A stretch of DNA of 63,699 nucleotides, filler included, from Folioceros fuciformis (Eukaryota): NCBI GenBank assembly GCA_049999805.1. It is 7 parts of 6 records of this genome, joined end to end, with 100 filler letters (N's around TTAATTAATTAA, not from the genome) between each part and the next. Parts side by side here need not be neighbours in the genome. Positions count along the whole stretch, not along the records: positions 15,164 to 27,969 come from JBNGIO010005440.1; positions 28,070 to 55,173 come from JBNGIO010005440.1; 5 more parts are not named here. One strand, written 5' to 3'. Numbering within the stretch: position 1 is the first letter of the stretch; each line of letters starts with the position of its first letter. Positions 24,521 through 36,919 of the stretch are shown piece after piece. The notes beneath the pieces were generated by a model. The model did not search any database, had not been told where the DNA came from, and worked only from the letters and a program-made list of their open reading frames with translations. The translations under genes were made by a program, and so were the position numbers.

Positions 24521-26123
24521 GGAGAAAAGAATGACACTGTTCTCCCCTCTTTGGAGAGTCGAGCTTGAGTGCAGGCACCTGCCCTCAAGTCCGACTCCTT
24601 TTCTGACTGAATTTCGGCCTAATCCGTGTACGAAAGGGTAGACAGGCGCCGTATCGAGAAGCCGTTGCCTGCGAGGCGACGGCAACGCTGTTGGAAGGTG
24701 GCTAGGGCTCCTACGACCATTCATTTGCTGGTCCAGACGTGTCATTCGGGTACAGTTTTGACGGGTCGAACATGCTTGACCTGGATGCGCATTCCTTAGA
24801 GGAGGACAATGGTCCTGCACAAATTTCTAACGAGGAAACAAAGGCAGTAATTATGTAACTAGTACAACGGCCTGGTTCCTATTCCCTAGGGTCTCTTGTG
24901 GCAGCATGACCACAGAACAGAGTTCCCACGTTAGGTTAAGTATCACCAGGTTATATCCTACACTAGAATGCTCAGGAATAGGAAACAGAGCCAAAGCACG
25001 GCCCAGACACCTGCTTCTTGCAAGGGCACACACCTACCGATGTCCAAGAAGTAGCTCCCACTCAGAGACTAACTAAGACAACCGCCCTTCGGGCTGAGCT
25101 CAGCTAATCCCGTGACACCAAACCTCCTGCAGGCATCCTGAGCCTCAGCTGCATCATTAGAAACACACCATCCCAGGTGTTTCTACCTAACAAGTCACTA
25201 TACATCACAAATTATTCAACCCCGCAGGTCAGATCTCTGTGACAAAATCACAGTTATTAAAGCTTCACCCTCCATAACCTTCCACCATGTAAAAGCTACC
25301 TGCATTCTCTTGATTTGCCGTAGGTGAAACGGGCTTCCGCATAGCCTCGTATTCACTGGCTACGCCAATAAACCCTGGAGATGCAGGACCCCAGGGCAAA
25401 AGGTGGGCATCACCAGTCCGCCCACAGAGTTCAGATACTCGCCCTGTTAAAAATCTTCTACAGAACAGTCAAATTTTTGGCTGCAATAATCCCTTGCAAT
25501 GGCAAGCCACGTTAGAACCTACAGCTCTGCGGCTTTTGCCCGACTCATTGGCCCCCTTGATCACAGAGGAAACGGCCCTAGATGTTAAACATCCTTAGGC
25601 CCCCAAGTTGGCCTCATCTGCAATAGAGTGCCTTAGCGCACTCCGCATTATGCCCCGGTCCCAACCTTCGCATCCAGCTCCTGATCCAAAAGTATATACT
25701 GAGGAATCACTGAGACCTCATCAGGTCCTCTTAGAAGAACGGAAGTCACGTCTGACTTCACTATTGATCTCGCTTAGAGCTCCTCCCCACCTGACTCACA
25801 GGCCCTCATCCACTCTCCACTCCACGAGCAAGCTGCTCGGACAATACATCACCCTTTCTCAACAATTCCTACCCGAACGACTCAAAGACAAAGCCATGAC
25901 GAGATTTCCACACAAAGTTGGAAGCGGACTGGATCCCCAGTCCGCCTACACCAACGGAGGTTATTCACTACAGTGCGGGCCATAAGCACTACAGCAGCGA
26001 GCCACAAAGATGGGCCATGCTTCACCACAAACTCTCACCAACACACACTTTTCACCCCCCCAAACGAACCAGAAACAACAACATTGCGCAGTAACCACTG
26101 CGGCCCGGTCTAACCGGTACATT

Positions 26124-26657
26124 TCACTTTCTCAGCAGCACAGTGGTGGACTGAGGCCGAAGCTGCCTGAAAATCCAAGACAGTCCGGGGGTGAAATTGA
26201 AGCACATCCAGCTTGGAAACAGAGCACGCAGTCCCACGGAAGGAGCAGGTGCTGCCGGAGAAGGTGGAAGTGGAGGCGGGGCGGGACCGGTCGTAAGCTT
26301 GATCCACAAGCGTTGCAGAAACTGAGTAGGCGGATCCTGCTTCACCTCCGCCGCCTGCACATAGACCCGAGCCGCCTGCTCTACCAAATTGTTTCTGATG
26401 GGCGGTCTCTCCCCGTAGAACATGAATTGGTGCTGACACAGTGGCAGGGAGTTCCAGTTCCTGTACCTGCGCGCAGGCATCAGATCTTTGAGACTGGTGT
26501 ACGCCATTGCTCCTCCAGCCTCGAAGTTGCTGAGCTCCGTGGACGCAACCGCAGCTACCCGCTCCCGCAACAAGACTTCCTCATTAGCTGATTTTTTGCT
26601 CCAGCCGAGCACGCACCACAGCTTTTTGAGACTTGCTTTGAAGGACGAGATTCCCAT
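26124..26657 (-). CDS. Conserved uncharacterised land-plant protein (YTSLKD...IRNxLVxQAAxxYxQ motif family)
   Basis: 177-aa ORF with AYTSLKDLMP and PIRNNLVEQAARVYVQ. A likely 5'UTR intron (donor ~27395, acceptor ~26688) and a CT-rich leader at ~27400-27510 lie upstream. Confidence 0.65.
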   Translation of the reverse strand: MGISSFKASLKKLWCVLGWSKKSANEEVLLRERVAAVASTELSNFEAGGAMAYTSLKDLMPARRYRNWNSLPLCQHQFMFYGERPPIRNNLVEQAARVYVQAAEVKQDPPTQFLQRLWIKLTTGPAPPPLPPSPAAPAPSVGLRALFPSWMCFNFTPGLSWIFRQLRPQSTTVLLRK

Positions 26658-28562
26658 CCTCTGCTTACAGACCCTAGCAAAATAACCTGATACACGCCAC
26701 AAACCACACACAGCCCCGCTAAGTCGGACCACCCTCCTCAAGAACTGACACGAGACTGCGCCGCCTAGCCCCCACACACAAGAGCACAAAGCAACGGCGC
26801 GACGGAACAGGGACAGAGCAGAAGGCAGCCACCTGTGACGCCAAGCACCCCGCTCCTACTCCACACTAGTCAGAGCCCCTCCGCCACTGTCAGAGCTTCC
26901 AGAGAAGCGCAAAATCCAAATTATCCTCCTCCACCACAAATCCCCCAGTCTCCCCGTTCTTGTCGTGATTGCTGCGCGATGTTCCCGACGTGCGATGCGA
27001 ATGCATAACGTCCGCGATTGAGCTTTCACAAACTCCAAGCATAGCAGCTACTCCGCAGAGCCCTGTTACTCACAAGCCCCCCGGTACAGCAATGTCGCAT
27101 CTGAAGTCAACCACAGCTCTCACACGAGGGAAGATATCAAGCACCAAGACCCGACCACCGCTGCGTGCTTGCTGCTGGCGGTACAAGGAAAGACAGACTC
27201 CTTCAAACAATCACACACAGGCTTTCCCCAGCCGATGGATCAAAGACAAGCCACAACGCGGAGAAGAAAGGGAAGGAGTAGACAGCGCGTCCAGCAAATG
27301 ACACAATTGGCGACTCCACAAGCTCGCTTCAGCAGTTCTGCGTTCTCTTCGAGAACGGAAAGGAACTTTCAAGGAAGAACCGCAATGCACTACCTGAGAG
27401 GAACAAGAAGAGAAGAAGGGGGAGAAGGAGGAGGAGAAGGAGAATCGCTACTGGACGACGCGGAGGGGAAGAAGGCCGAAGAAGAAGAAGGAGGAGAAGG
27501 CGGCCTTCCTTGGGCCTGGCTGGCCGGGGGGGAGAGACAGGCCGGCGTGTTGGGGTGAGAAGGTTGGCGCTGGCTACGCTTTTGAGGGAAGCATCAACCA
27601 GCTAGGCAGAGACAGTGGCAGGCCAGAGGGGTCTGCACCCGGTCCTAAACTTCCCCACTGTTTCCACGCCCGGAAGAGCGATCCCGGGCACCAACTAGCC
27701 GTGGCAAGTCGGGCGCAGAGGAGAGAGAGTCCTGACCACGCCAGCTCACGTGGGCCGGGGCAGCAAGTACAGTGCAGACTGTGCAGTCTACACAGCAAAC
27801 TCGGGTTCCGGGAGCCAGGCCTCTGGCAACCAAGAAGAGTCCAGGGTTCGTGACCCCGGTTTTAGACTCGAGCCCGCCAACATGGTACGGCTCCGCGCTG
27901 GAGAGGCCATGCCGCACGGCGTGGCGCGGCTCCCGCATTCACTGTGCGGCCGAAGCGCCGTGCAGTCAANNNNNNNNNNNNNNNNNNNNNNNNNNNNNNN
28001 NNNNNNNNNNNNNTTAATTAATTAANNNNNNNNNNNNNNNNNNNNNNNNNNNNNNNNNNNNNNNNNNNNATGATAATGAAATAACCAATAGAATTCCTTT
28101 AATATCAGATAATAACCAAAGATAATTATAGGAAAAAGTAAGTATTGTGGATATTTATAGAAGAATATTGTCGGACATTTTTTTTGCTAATCGTTTTAGT
28201 ACATTGTTATAGAAGTAATGAGTAGATTCCTTTCCCTACTAGATAGTGGTTAAAGCTAATAATAAAAGTCAGTAAATAGTCCAAATCGGGCTTAGACTCT
28301 AAATAGTATAGACTCTAGCTCTCCGTATATAAAGGGACTAATGAAACTTTATATGCAAATACGTATTATCGACCTTTGCTTTTTGCTTCATTCGCTTGTC
28401 TTCTTTGCATTTCGAAGTATGAACTATCCTTTGCCTAAGTGTGAGCTATTTCTTGGTCTTTGTCTAATTTTGTGTGCTTCACATGAACAAAAGGAGGCTA
28501 AATTAGGGTTTTGTGTTGATTGGTTTCTTAGAGCATAATTCGGTGGTGAAGCTTTTGTACCA

Positions 28563-29282
28563 ATGTCTACAAACAAGAAGATTACGTTGATAAGCTCAGA
28601 TGGCAAGTACTTCGAGGTGGATGAAGTTGTTGCACATCAAAGCAAGTTATTGCAGATGATGACTGAAGATCTAGACCTGGAGGAGGAAAAGGCGATCATC
28701 CCTCTTCCTAATGTAAACAAGGAGATCTTGGCCATGATCATTCAGTATTGTGAGTATCATGCTGTAAGGAGCAATCAAGCTGTAGATGATGAAACGAAGA
28801 GGTGGGACCAAAAATTCATTAGTGTTGACAACGCAACCTTTCTTCACCTTATGATAGTGAGTATATAAACTTGATCTTGCTTTCTTTAAGTGATTAGATC
28901 AATGACAAAACTAGAAACCATTGTCATTGTCATTGTTGTCAAAACCAACCAGTTTGATTGTTGTTTTATGTTGTGACAGTTTGTTCTTTTGGTTTGGGTC
29001 ATTGTGATAGAGGGTTCATTAAGTCTTGCTTCAAGCAAACTAACAGTTTTGAGCATTTTCTTGGTATTGAATGAGTAATGAACTTGGATTTGTGGTATGG
29101 AGTAGGGAGCCCATTACATGGACGTTGAGAACCTATTCGATTTGGCTTGCGACACCATGGCAAATTACATATCGCATATGAGTGTCGAGGAAATTCGGAA
29201 GTCGTTTGGGATTAAAAACGATTTGACTGAGGAGGAACAAAAGAACATTAGGTTGAAGGATCCCTGGGCATTTGATGATTAA
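28563..29282 (+). CDS. SKP1: SKP1-like (ASK) SCF adaptor, divergent, 2 exons
   Basis: KKITLISSDGKYFEVDEVVA, IPLPNVNKEILAMIIQYCEYH, WDQKFISVDNATFLHLMI|GAHYMDVENLFDLACDTMA...EEIRKSFGIKNDLTEEEQKNIRLKDPWAFDD*. Intron 28857-29105 is at the conserved type-I SKP1 position. Confidence 0.92.
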
Positions 29283-29732
29283 TTCCCATAAATTTCTATG
29301 ATTCTGATAAACCTTGGCGCACTCTTTCATAAACCTTGAAAAGTCATTGCCCATAACCCTATGGGCAATGAACCCATCTCGGTAACACTATGGGCAATGG
29401 GAGGGAGACCCTTTTCCTCCTAGACCATGCTGTTTTAGGTGCTATTGGTAGCCATCAGGCTTTTGGGTGCTATTGGTAGCCATCAGGCTTTTGGGGGTTA
29501 GCCCCTACTGTCCCTATCATGGTTTATCTCACTCTCTATGCGTAGATGGTTTTCCGTCTTACATCCTTTCAAGACGTTGAAAAACACTTTCATTGTACCA
29601 AATCTAAACATCCTTATCCCATAAACTTTATGGACTAGATGACATGTTTCCCAATCATACATTTACATAGTAATATGGCCTAAGTTGGGACACTTATCTA
29701 TTGTGCCTATGTAGAGGAGCTAAAGAGGTAGA

Positions 29733-29838
29733 GGCCAACTCCAAGGGATAGAATGGTGTTTAGGGTTTAGGCAAACTCCAAGGGATAGATGGTGTTTAGG
29801 GTTTAGGGTTTAGGCCAACTCCAAGGGATAGGATGGTG
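29733..29838. repeat. Three ~40-bp tandem units containing plant telomere motifs (TTTAGGG)
   Basis: Unit GGC(C/A)AACTCCAAGGGATAG(A/G)ATGGTG; the first two copies are followed by TTTAGGGTTTAGG and TTTAGGGTTTAGGGTTTAGG. Confidence 0.85.
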
Positions 29839-29947
29839 CACAACCCTCCTAAATATTTTTTGAATATTTTTAAATAAAAAATAATTTTTCTCTTAAATAA
29901 GTAAATACTAATTAGGACATTTTCCTCAAAGCACCTCTGAAGTGATT

Positions 29948-29982
29948 CCTAATTAATCGCAATTAGGGTTGTCCAACTCTAG
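29948..29982 (+). mobile_element. Candidate Helitron 3' terminus
   Basis: Hairpin CCTAATT-aatcgc-AATTAGG (29948-29967), an 11-nt spacer, CTAG (29979-29982), then T. It lies at the transition from AT-rich to GC-balanced sequence. Confidence 0.5.
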
Positions 29983-30138
29983 TTTTCAATATTCAAAGCT
30001 GAGGCTGTGATGACAGAAGTAAAAATTGTTGGACCTCCCTGTATATATATGCTGTATCCGTCAGCATACTGCCTGAGAGTTCTGTTTCCGGATTTCGTTT
30101 TCTTCGCGGGGCGCGTGGTTCGCAAACTGGTTGGCAAG

Positions 30139-30655
<517 letters not shown>

Positions 30656-31703
30656 TGTTGCCTCCGGGCTGGAGGGAATGGCAAGAGCGAAGGAAGCTGC
30701 CCTGGAAGAGCTGGTCTTTGGGTGTGGCTGGATAGCCGTCGTCGGGGGAAGCTGGAATCCTGCAAAGGGAGCAGTTTATGTCAGGGCTGGATCTTCAGCT
30801 ATCCATAATGCGCAGAAGCGTAGATAGTGACCAGGATACGGCTTCGGTGCTTATCGTAGCTTTACCACCAACCTACCTCCCGTGTTTTGTCTCACGATGT
30901 GAAGTGTTGTAGCAGAACTCCCTTTTCCAGAAGGTGCACCAAAGTCCATGTTTGTAGTAGTGGCATTTCGTAATTCTTTCTGACTTCATGGTCGAGCTTT
31001 TTCATGCGCTTCGGTCCTTGCCTCTTCCTGTCGGTCGGTGCGGGTGTGTTACCGAGATGCCAGTCCTGTTCCTTGTCGCTCTACGTTTCATGTGGTGCCA
31101 CTGTATTCCAGCAGCTGAGAAGTACCACCCACGTGCTGGTGAAGTGTCAGATGTTCATTCACGGAGCCACCTGGTAGCCCCCGTTTCCATGTGCAACCAC
31201 CTGTAACCTCTGGCTCCCATCGAATTTTCCTTCCCCCTGATCGAGGTCCTACATCCACGGTGAGCTGCTACAGGTGTCTGCATGGTTACTGCCCCTGACA
31301 AGATTCACAGGGGACAACACTGTTGGCAGTAGCCTGCGGGGACAAACATGGACAAGCAGCCATGGAAACGTATGTAGCAAGTATGCCTACAGCGCCTTCG
31401 CTGTGGTGTGGCCTTCCTGTAGTTTCTAGATTATTTCACATCGTGGGACAACGTAACCGTTGCAGGCCACGCGTCCGTGAAATGGGGCCACATTAGTACG
31501 TAAGAATTTGAACAGCATGGATTGTGCAGGATCTAATTACGGATATGGACGCCCGGTAGCTATGGTCGTGGGTCGGATGCACTTCCAGGGCGCTGGTGGA
31601 CCGCTTTCTGGTTGCGGCTTGTTGATTTCTCTCTCAGTGTTTTGACGATGCTGCTGTCGGGGCCTGCAAAGCTGGAGGATATTGAGCTCGTTGCGCAAGG
31701 GCT

Positions 31704-34652
31704 ATGCAGCAGGTGATGGCAGCGATTCATGGAGGTCCCAGCGAGATCACAAGGATCGTTGGGCTCTCTGGAAGCCGTATAGTTGTGCAGGGAATTGGTG
31801 TTCTGCACCAGCATCTATCGTTCAAGCAGGTTAATCCCGGAGTGCAGCATGTAGGGTTGCTGCGCCAGCATGATGGGGTTGTGAGATTGGGTAGGTTGCA
31901 GGGCACGAGTACGTGGTACAAGTTCTCACGGAGGCCTGGCCACTGGAAGGGGTTGGCTGCGGCAGCGTTTGGGCTGCAGATATTTAGCCTCCAATCGGCG
32001 GTTGCTGAGGGTGCTGAGGGGGATGGCAGTGTCACCAGGAAAGATGATTTGAAAGCACCTGCGGAGAGGGTGGAGGAGGAGAGAGGTCCGGAGCATGTCA
32101 AGGCGGCTGAAACTTTGAGTAAGCCTGAGAGCTGCACTGCTGATGAGCTGCACTTTGTTTCAGTTCCAGGTACAGAGTGGAGGCTTGCGTTGTGGCGTTA
32201 TCGCCCAGTGGATGGGGTAAGCTGGATCGAACTCCTGGTGCCGAGGAAGTGCAATGTTGGAATTAGATGGAAGCCTGTGTTGTAAGTTGTGACGTTTAAA
32301 AGTCTCTGAGCTGTGCTGGTATTTGCAGGCCCCTATTAGATGTCATCCGGTGCTCATGTTATCTGGAATCGGCACAAATGCTCTCGGTTTCGATTTGGCT
32401 CCAGATGTACGTAAATCTACTTGAACTGCTGTGGCTGACCTTGTTAACGTGGAGCGTGTTGAATGACTGGTTATACCATGAAAATAGTCACGTGATGGTG
32501 CAAGAGTTTCAGAAGTCATTGCGTGCTGAGGAATGGCACGTGGAGGAGGCAGTTTAGTGGCTGCATTAGCCAGTCCAGAAGGTTGACAGCAATTTTATGA
32601 TGGCAACTGCAGGTTTCCCTGGCCCGGTATTTGTCATCAGCAGGTTTTGACACTTGGGTACTAGAAGTCAGAGGTGCAGGGTTGGGCAAGAGGGAGGGAA
32701 GGGCCTCCATCAAGGGAGAGAAGAGTGAAAATGGTGCTGCCACGGAGGTTGCCAATGCACAAGCCGGTCTTGTAGCTTCTGCTCCTGTTGTAGATGAGTC
32801 TGTTTCAGCAGAGGAGTTGTCTCTTCCTCAGAAGGTTGAAGCCTTAGAAGAAGCTTCCTCTGATGGGAGAAGTGGCGAGTCTGACAGCAAGCTGCCAGAT
32901 ACCATTTGGGCAGTGCTGGAAAGACTTCGAGGTCTTGTGAATGAAGGACAGTCCAGGTTTTTGTCCGCAAAGTTTGTGGATCAGCTCTTAGGTGTTCTGA
33001 ACGAGTATAGTATTACTGGCCGAATATCTGAATATCAGAAGCGATTGTCAGAACTTTTAGAAGAAGCACAGAATTCAACCATCGGCAGTCAGCTAGCTGA
33101 TACGAGGAACAGGTTTATAAAGCTACTTGAAGAATCTCAGCTCTCCGTGTCTCCCCGAGTCAGTGATCTGCAAGAGCGCATGAGTGCCCTCGTAGACGAG
33201 TACCAAAGGATACTGGACCTGATTGGAACCTTTGACTGGGATTTCGACCACTATCTTGAGGAAGATGTGCCAGCTGCGGTGAGCACTGCGCTATCCTATC
33301 ATGAGAGCTAGTGACATTTGTCTCTATTCAGATTAGTGTCTGGGGGGAAATCGCCTGTGCAGTGGGCAGCAAGTGATTTTCACGCCGTGGGATATCTGCT
33401 TCATCACTGACGAACGCACCTGTTGTCACCAGATGGAGTATATCCTAAAAGTTTCAACGTCTGTGGATGGGAAGCTTTTCGGTATTGGCCACTCCATGGG
33501 TGGTATTCTGCTATATGCATCACTAGCAACCCGAGGTAGGTCCATCCCAGCATTCAGCCCATGCTCACGTCTGTTTGACATACAGCAGGAACAGAGAAAG
33601 TCTTTTGATCTTTGCCTAGCCCGAGAATGTGAAAATGCAGCATGTTTTGATTTTGAGGATGTGGTTTCCCCAGGGGAGCAAGCGGGACTTGCTGCGATCG
33701 TGACTGTAGCATCAGCGCTTGACTATGGAGTGTCGGACAGCTCTCTGAAGCTGCTGCTACCGCTGGTTTGATCGCTCACCATTCACAGTTGTGTCGGACA
33801 TGTTAAATAGTAGCTGATGCTAGTGACTTGCTTCTGTAGGCAGATCCGTCACGGCTTCTCAACGTTCCAGTAGTTCCACTTGGAGCACTGATGACAGCAG
33901 TGCATCCGCTTGTCACTCGGCCACCATTCGCATTGGCATGGCTTGGTCAACAAGTGTCTGCTAACGGCAGCATGGATCCAGAATTATTCAGCAAGCTGGT
34001 TCTGAACAACTTCGGTACTGAAGCATTTGCCGGCTTCTCTTTGCCTCTTTTCTTTGGCCGTAACCTCGCTAGTCTCTGAATGACATAGCATGTTTCATGA
34101 TGTGCTTCAGGTACAATCCCCGTGAAGCTTCTCCTGCATCTCGCCACGGTGTTTGAACCTGGAGGCCTGAGGAACCGGAATGGCACGATCTTCTACAAGA
34201 AACGAATTGCAGATAACCGAGTTCCAGTCCTAGCTCTTGCTGGTGACAAAGATTTGATATGCCCCCCATCTGCCGTGCTGGGTAAGTGATCTGTGCAACC
34301 ATTTAGAGCCGTGTGTGCTCTGTACCATCTCCCTCCTCTTCGGTTCTCATCTGAACATTGTTGCAGATACTGCAAACCAAATGCCCAAGGATGTTGTGAC
34401 TGTCAAAGAGTTTGGGGGGAACAACACCCACTACGGTCACTACGACCTTCTTGTCGGCCGGCAGGTGCAGCCTCCTCCGGTATGTTTGCATCTCATCATG
34501 GCTGCTGAGACGTTTCTTAGTCTGACTTCCTTCAACGTTGTCACTGGCAGGCGAAGAAGAACGTGTATCCTCTCGTTTTGGAGTTTCTCCTAAAACATGA
34601 GAATGCTGAGAGTAAGCACTTCACAGTCATTTCAGTCAAGTTTCCGTCGTAA
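31704..34652 (+). CDS. Alpha/beta-hydrolase-fold protein with a coiled-coil insertion (multi-exon; start uncertain)
   Basis: CTADELHFVSVPGTEWRLALWRY, GFDTWVLEVRGAG, DWDFDHYLEEDVPAA, nucleophile elbow GHSMGG, LALAGDKDLICPP, HYGHYDLLVG. Confidence 0.88.
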
Positions 34653-35062
34653 AAAAACCGCATTAGAAAATATCTCACGCTTCGTTCCTGCACAGGTGCA
34701 AGAGGCCATAGGAGACCTGGCGAGCAGGAGTTAGCTTCCGAATCAGCTTGACGGAAATGAATTTTGGTCAGTGGGCTCAGGCTCAGGCTCAGGCTCAGAC
34801 ATGATATACATACTATACGTAGTGTCCAGGGGAGTACGTAAGGAATACCAAATGTAAATAAAAAATCACGAAACTTCTATACTGATAAGCTCCATTCCGC
34901 ACGAGCACCGACCGACCCTCCTCGTGAACCGACTTAACTAATAGGAGGGACAATAATGGGGACAATAATGTATCGTACCCTACATTGTGAAACCCTGCGT
35001 ACTCGTGGCCCGTGGGCGGTCTTGAGCAAAGAGCTTTCTGATTTCCCAAATCGTGCAAGGCA

Positions 35063-36758
35063 ATGGCTGGCACAGTTGTCGCGCCCGGCAGCGCTGAGGT
35101 TGCGAGGATGAAGAAGAGGAAGCGGAAGAAGGAAGCCGTTGCGAAGGAGCTGGAAAAGGAGCTGCAGTGTGAGGAGGAAGGGGAGGAAATGCTGCAGCGG
35201 GATGTGTCTTTTCAGCTGCAGAGGGGGAGCCATAGCTACGGAGTGCAGCCGCTCGGCAATCTGCTGTTTACCACTTCGCGGAACGTTCGAGACGCTGGTC
35301 TTGGCACAATGCGGTACCTGACTGATGACATGGTAATGGAAGTGCTCGGGCTCCTGGAGGCTGCGGATTTGGCACGCCTTGCGCTTGTGAGCAAGGCTAT
35401 GTATGTGTTTTGCCATCAGGACTCGCTGTGGAGGTCCTTGGTGTTGGAGGAGCTTAAAGGGGATTTCACCTTCCGGGGTTGTTGGAAGAATACGTATGTA
35501 GGCAGCCTTTGGCGGGGGTGCGATCCGCCACGCCATGTGCCCTTGAAGGTGCGCGTTGTGTGGATGGTACTTCTTGATTGTTGTCTGTGGCGGGTGATGG
35601 AGGTTTGGAGTTGAAAGGTGGCGTTTTGATGTGCAGGTACAGAACTTCTACTCTGACAGTTTGTTTCAGAGCTGGCTCTGTGCCAGTTTGGAGATAAAGG
35701 AGGAATGGCTGACGAGGGACAATATCGATCGTAGAAGTTCTCTGTCTGTGCTGGAGTTCATTGAGCTGTATGAGGAGCCTGGGAAGCCTGTTATCTTAAC
35801 GGATCTGTTGGCCGGTTGGCCGGCACTGTCTCGTTGGCAAAGTAGGGATTACCTGGTGCAACATGCAGGAGAGGTTAGGTTTTCTGCCGGGCCTGTGGAC
35901 ATAGAGCTGAAGACGTATTTCGCTTACGCTGACAATGTGCAGGAGGAACGGCCCTTATATTTATTTGATCCTAAATTCGGGGAGAAAGCTCCTCAGTTAG
36001 CAGCTGATTATGAGGTGCCTGTCTATTTCAGGGAGGATCTGTTCTCCATACTAGGGAACGACAGACCTGACTACCGCTGGTTGATTCTAGGGCCGGCAAG
36101 GTCAGGGTCTTCTTTCCACATCGATCCGAACAGCACGTCTGCATGGAATGCTGTCGTGAAAGGCTCCAAGAAGTGGATTCTCTTTCCTCCGGATTTGGTT
36201 CCCCCTGGGGTTCATCCTAGCCCTGACGGTGCAGAGGTTGCCACTCCTGTTTCAATAACTGAGTGGTTTATGAATTTCTACTCCGCAACACGGTCGAGGA
36301 AGGACAAGCCCGTAGAATGCATCTGTGGAGCCGGTGAAGTAGTCTTCATTCCAAACGGCTGGTGGCACACCGTCATCAACCTTGAGGACTCCATAGCCAT
36401 CACACAGAATTATGTAAGCAGGTAAGTTCGGTTCTTGTTCCAGTTGTCCCTACTCCCTCTCGGTGCCGGTGGTATACAAGAATCCTCACTCCTATCTGTG
36501 CTCAACAGGAGTAATCTTCTTAGCGTGCTGGAGTTTTTGAGCAGGCCCAACTCAAAGGAGCTTGTGTCCGGAACGACAGATAGGGTTAATCTGTACGACA
36601 AGTTCAGGAGCAAGTTTGAGGAGCTCTATCCAGGAACCATTGCAGAACTTCAACAGCAAGCTGACGAGAAGAAAGCAGCGGCTTCCATGAAGAAGAGCTC
36701 ATTCTGGGACAGTGTCCCAGACAGCAGGAGCGGAGCTTTCAAGTTTGGCTTCTCGTGA
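35063..36758 (+). CDS. JMJ22: F-box + JmjC (JMJD6/PSR-type) protein, JMJ22-like
   Basis: YGVQPLGNL, F-box-like LTDDMVMEVLGLL..DLARL, and JmjC Fe ligands in GSSFHIDPNSTSAWN and GWWHTVINL; 3 exons. Confidence 0.9.
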
Positions 36759-36919
36759 ATCACTTCTTGGGACAGGCTTTCATTGACATAAGAAGAGGGG
36801 GAATACGCAAGGGAAGAGTTGCTAGTCTCTACAGCCAGGCATAAACGAATGTGGAATTAGTGTAAGCGAAATCTCCTATCAAATGGATGGGTATCAGGAT
36901 GCCGCTGGCCACGTCTGCG

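Noticed and set aside
29493..29505. GGGGGTTAG(G)CCCC hairpin shared with 56764-56778 (3' of the RLE element)
   Set aside because: The match is only ~13 nt of low-complexity sequence with no extended homology.
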